A stretch of DNA of 64,000 bases from positions 34,918 through 98,917 of the forward strand of contig JBFMAY010000008.1 in NCBI GenBank assembly GCA_040755455.1, read 5' to 3'. The notes beneath the pieces were generated by a model. It saw only the letters and a program-made list of their open reading frames with translations, was not told the origin of the DNA and made no database searches. A program made the position numbers and the translations under genes. Within the stretch, counting starts at the first letter, position 1; each line of letters opens with the position of its first letter. Of this stretch, positions 61,495-64,000 are shown one piece after another. This DNA is from Thermodesulfobacteriota bacterium (GTDB taxonomy: Bacteria > Desulfobacterota > Desulfobulbia > Desulfobulbales > SURF-16).

Positions 61495-61705
61495 AGCGCC
61501 GATCCAGCAGCCGCGCCATGGCTATTTTATCCCCGAAGATCGGATCGCGCAGGCCATTCTGCGGAAAACGCAACAGCAGTTCGGTTTTGAATCGCGCAAC
61601 TGCCCTGCCGTCCGTCACCCCGAAAAAACTTTCGCCTATTTCCATTCATTTCCTCCAAAAACGAAGTTTTTTTCGCCAAAAAGAGCATTTTTGCTGTTTT
61701 TTCAA

Positions 61706-61720
61706 TGGCATACTAATTGC
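61706..61720 (+). promoter_or_regulatory. sigma54 (-24/-12) promoter
   Basis: TGGCATA-CTAA-TTGC with GG-N10-GC spacing, 56 bp before ATG 61777. Confidence 0.75.
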
Positions 61721-61776
61721 CTTTTATCTTCATAATCTTTTTTGAACATTCAAAACACGATGAGGAGGCAAGCACT

Positions 61777-62454
61777 ATGCACGATCTGGATAGAACCTGG
61801 ACCGAATTCGAAGAGTATGATGTACGTGGTAACGGCAACTCGGATTTCGAGTTTGAAGAAGACTGGGAAGGAGGCATCGACGACCAGGAAAGCCCTTTTG
61901 ATGAGGGGGAGGAACTGGAATTGGCTGCTGAGCTGCTTGAGGTCTCATCCGATGAGGAATTGGAGGAGTTTATTAACAGCAAACTTTTCAAGAAATGGGG
62001 GAAAAAGGCCAAAAAATTCATGTCTTCCAGGGTTGGCAGGAAATTGGGGGGCATGTTGAAAGGCCTTGCCAAGAAAGCTCTGCCTTTGGCTGGAACGGCG
62101 ATCGGTACGTACTTCGGAGGTCCGGCGGGAGCAGCGTTGGGCGGCAAAGTCGGCAGCATGGCCACCAAATTTCTCGGCGCGGAACTGGAGGGACTGGAGC
62201 CGGATGAGTTGGAATATGAAGTCGCCCGCAGGTTCGTACGATTGGCCGGCACCGCGGCAAGTAAAGCCGCCGCGGCCCCGCCTTCTTCAAATCCGAAAGC
62301 TGCTGCGTACAAGGCCCTGACGGCCGCAGCCAGGCTCCATGCACCCGGTCTGGTGGGAAAATCGGAAACCTCCTCTTTTTCCACTAACAGTAACGAGGCC
62401 CGGAGCGGCCGGTGGATCCGCCGGGGCAACCGCATCATTCTGATGGGAGTATAG
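61777..62454 (+). CDS. Hypothetical protein: acidic leader, cationic amphipathic helix plus glycine zipper, basic C-terminal tag
   Basis: GAGGAGG RBS; ELELAAELLEV; LFKKWGKKAKK...GTAIGTYFGGPAGAALGG; GRWIRRGNRIILMGV. Confidence 0.85.
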   Translation: MHDLDRTWTEFEEYDVRGNGNSDFEFEEDWEGGIDDQESPFDEGEELELAAELLEVSSDEELEEFINSKLFKKWGKKAKKFMSSRVGRKLGGMLKGLAKKALPLAGTAIGTYFGGPAGAALGGKVGSMATKFLGAELEGLEPDELEYEVARRFVRLAGTAASKAAAAPPSSNPKAAAYKALTAAARLHAPGLVGKSETSSFSTNSNEARSGRWIRRGNRIILMGV

Positions 62455-62455
62455 C

Positions 62456-63748
62456 ATGGAACTGGGCGCCGCCTATGGTGCACTTGCGCACGAGACCCGC
62501 TCGCTTTTGATCAGGCTGGGGCAAGTTAAGCCTTTTTCCCTGCTCATGCCCATGGTTGCGGCAGCTGCTCTGCCGGCTGGGATTCTGAATAAAATTGAAC
62601 GATTCATTCAATACGAGCGACAGGAAATACGTCGAGCAACACGGCATTATCTGAACCGGCTCCAGGTAATGTTAAAGACTAGACAACCCTCTGCCGAGGC
62701 GCAGAGACTCTTTACCATTCTGCGGATACGCTTCAATAATTTTCTGTCACAGTTCGATATTTTTGCCGATGTCCTTACCCAGCGCGGCGAACATGAAAAC
62801 GGCGTTTTTCTTGCCGGCCTTGACCGAGTGGCGCAGGATGCCATGAGACTCCCCGGCATTCCCATCAGACCGCCGCCACTCATATGCTATCTCGGTAGAG
62901 GGTATGGGGGGGCGATCCGGCGTATCCGGACAAGGCTGCCGGGAGGCAGGAAGAATCCGGTGGCGATCATCCGTTTGCCAAGGGAGCGGATGATCTGCGG
63001 AACCATTGCCGCTTCTCTGGTCCATGAGGTCGGTCACCAGGGGGCCGTGCTTCTCGATCTGATCAATTCAGCTCGGGAGAGTTTCCTGGCTGATAAAGGT
63101 AGGGACAGAGTGTGGGATTTGTATCACCTCTGGATTGCCGAAATCCTGGCCGACTTCTGGTCTATCGCCAAGTTGGGAATCGGCGCAACCATGGGGCTCA
63201 TCACGGTGGTCAGTCTGCCTCGTCATTTCGTCTTCCGGCTTAGTCCGACCGACCCCCATCCCATGCCGTATATCCGAGTTCTATTGAGCTGCGCCCTGGG
63301 CAAGGCCCTCTATCCGGACCCGCAGTGGGAGAGGACCGCCGTCCTCTGGCGGGATCTCTACCCCCTGGCAGGAATGAACCAGGAACAACGGGCCCAGATC
63401 GCCAGGATTACGGCCCGAATGCCGGAGTTCACCGAACTGTTTCTGCTGCACCGGCCGCCACGCCTTGGAGGCAAAACTCAAGGCCAGGTTTTTGCCGACC
63501 CGGCCCGGCAAGCAGGAAATCTTCGCCGGCTTTATGACGGTAAAAAAACAAATGCCGAAGTCCTGCACCAACTGCCGCCGACCCTGGCCTTTGCCGTCAT
63601 CGGTCAGGCACGGGCGGATGGCCGAATAACCCCGGAGCAGGAAAGCACAGTTATTGAGAGTCTCTTGAAGAAATTCGCCCTAAACAGGCGGAACCCAAGT
63701 CACGAGGTAAGTAATAACCATAACAAATGTCTGAGATGTATAGCCTAA
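62456..63748 (+). CDS. HEXXH zincin-like protein
   Basis: HEVGH-X34-EILAD and DPHPMPYIR, an M48-like motif order; starts 1 nt after the upstream stop. Confidence 0.75.
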   Translation: MELGAAYGALAHETRSLLIRLGQVKPFSLLMPMVAAAALPAGILNKIERFIQYERQEIRRATRHYLNRLQVMLKTRQPSAEAQRLFTILRIRFNNFLSQFDIFADVLTQRGEHENGVFLAGLDRVAQDAMRLPGIPIRPPPLICYLGRGYGGAIRRIRTRLPGGRKNPVAIIRLPRERMICGTIAASLVHEVGHQGAVLLDLINSARESFLADKGRDRVWDLYHLWIAEILADFWSIAKLGIGATMGLITVVSLPRHFVFRLSPTDPHPMPYIRVLLSCALGKALYPDPQWERTAVLWRDLYPLAGMNQEQRAQIARITARMPEFTELFLLHRPPRLGGKTQGQVFADPARQAGNLRRLYDGKKTNAEVLHQLPPTLAFAVIGQARADGRITPEQESTVIESLLKKFALNRRNPSHEVSNNHNKCLRCIA

Positions 63749-63765
63749 GGCTGCGGAGGTAACAA

Positions 63766-64000
63766 ATGGTGAAAAACAGTCAAAATGTACAATACAGTAT
63801 AGAGTTCGTACCCTGCTGTATTCAAGCACCACCAAAAAATACGCGAAGCGAACCGATAAAAATAATCGTACATGGGTTAAACGACGAGGAAACTGCTAAG
63901 CTTCTTGTAAGTTATTTTTTCAATATTACTACACAGACGGAAGGAAACTTTTACGATCAAGATGGAAACCAAAAAAACGAAGAAATGGGAAAATACCATT
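63766..64000 (+). CDS. Hypothetical protein, 3'-truncated by window edge
   Basis: GGAGGT RBS, ATG, open frame to the window end (MVKNSQNVQYSIEFVPCC...); AT-rich. Confidence 0.6.
   Translation, partial: MVKNSQNVQYSIEFVPCCIQAPPKNTRSEPIKIIVHGLNDEETAKLLVSYFFNITTQTEGNFYDQDGNQKNEEMGKYH

Noticed and set aside
61717..61776. Longer N-terminus for the glycine-zipper protein (MPFIFIIFF...) as a signal peptide
   Set aside because: That TTG start overlaps the sigma54 -12 box; ATG 61777 has a strong GAGGAGG RBS.

Overview
A high-GC bacterial chromosomal window. Gene order and content suggest Desulfobacterota, probably Desulfobulbales-like; this is inference, not a database result. Bases 1-36.4 kb are mostly housekeeping: ileS-lspA-fabD; ffh-rpsP-khpA-rimM-trmD-SPOUT-rplS-rnhB-yraN; pdxA; TPR-LolB-like-radical SAM-rng; rplU-rpmA-obgE-proB-proA-nadD; folE2; hslR; a split purH-purN-pyrR; a histidine kinase and a U32 protein. 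Two things interrupt this core: an AT-rich single-gene integron-type cassette encoding a TM+HEPN-motif protein (9.1-9.8 kb), and a three-gene Slam-like barrel / FecR-TbpB-like / CHASE2 adenylate cyclase operon (18.3-24.3 kb). Bases 36.4-64 kb are accessory: LemA, an NlpC/P60-like protein, an MCP, higBA, a second integrase-less cassette cluster (TIR protein and Cys-rich protein), a Kef antiporter, a heme-c sensor kinase, a secreted mini-protein with a repeat-protein partner, and a large PBP. The window ends with two signal-less metalloproteases that share a C-terminal domain, a decayed vapBC, and a sigma54-driven operon encoding an acidic-leader / cationic glycine-zipper protein plus a HEXXH zincin. 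The best candidates for undescribed systems are (1) the 55.5-64 kb protease/precursor locus, (2) the Slam-FecR-CHASE2 trans-envelope cAMP module, and (3) the orphan cassettes with related attC sites carrying defence-like effectors. I found no tRNA, rRNA, CRISPR array or integrase. All calls come from reading motifs by eye.
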